Assembly: GCA_963823665.1 (NCBI GenBank)
Contig: CAWGMQ010000007.1
Coordinates: 480,001 to 544,000 of the forward strand
Length of the DNA: 64,000 bases
DNA from: an uncultured Planctomycetota bacterium
GTDB taxonomy: Bacteria; Planctomycetota; Planctomycetia; Isosphaerales; Isosphaeraceae
Reading direction: 5' to 3'
The notes beneath the pieces are model-generated. The model was not told the origin of the DNA and made no database searches. It saw nothing but the letters and a program-made list of their open reading frames with translations. How positions within the stretch are numbered: position 1 is the first letter of the stretch; each line of letters opens with the position of its first letter. A program made the translations under genes and the position numbers. Positions 63,797 to 64,000 of the stretch are shown one piece after another.

Positions 63797-64000
63797 TCAA
63801 ACCGTCGTCACTTTCACCGACTCCCGAACAAACGCCGGGTCAACCACAATCCCAAACCCCGGCCCCGATGGCACCTTGACCACCCCATTCTCACACTTGA
63901 GCGACGATGTCTCACTGCTCACGGGAATCTCGGCATTCCCCTTGAATTCCGTGAACGGCACCGGATTCGGAATACACGACGCAAAGATCGCCGCATCCAG
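63797..64000 (-). CDS. Mandelate racemase/muconate lactonizing (enolase superfamily) enzyme, C-terminus
   Basis: Manual translation FASCIPNPVPFTEFKG...ENGVVKVPSGPGFGIVVD. Confidence 0.75.
   Translation of the reverse strand: MDAAIFASCIPNPVPFTEFKGNAEIPVSSETSSLKCENGVVKVPSGPGFGIVVDPAFVRESVKVTTV

Overview
GC-rich bacterial DNA with a Planctomycetota signature, probably Isosphaerales-like (inferred from DUF1549/DUF1553 plus DUF1501 genes, ECF-sigma/Ser-Thr kinase modules, RF(S/T)IR-type N-termini and planctomycete-type palindromic repeats). 1-8.1 kb holds housekeeping genes (ligA start, ndk, JAB peptidase, cysK, cyclase, ChdC/HemQ, MGMT-like, Maf) ending at tRNA-Arg(CCG). 8.1-25.9 kb is a decayed, integrase-less island cluster. 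It has two downstream copies of the tRNA 3' end and a repeated module of [winged-HTH gene]-[variable small membrane-protein gene]-['GWKTINGRRYY' gene]. 26-38 kb carries BlaI with a BlaR1-M56/RND-adaptor fusion, a pentaheme cytochrome, secreted proteins and a PSD1/PSCyt protein. The best candidate for an undescribed system is at 38.0-41.4 kb: an islet wedged between the DUF1553 and DUF1501 genes. It has one full and two progressively shorter clan-AA aspartic protease copies, then a well-formed retron msr/msd-like ncRNA, a retron-type reverse transcriptase and a BrnT-type toxin with an HTH partner. 43-64 kb has an active trypsin-like protease and a kinase fused to a catalytically dead paralogue of it, a hydrolase-PQQ-propeller fusion, an ISL3 inserted in one copy of a tandem duplicate gene, and toxin-antitoxin genes, several with the toxin deleted. 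Many single-base frameshifts look like assembly errors. All family calls come from motif recognition by eye; no database searches were run.
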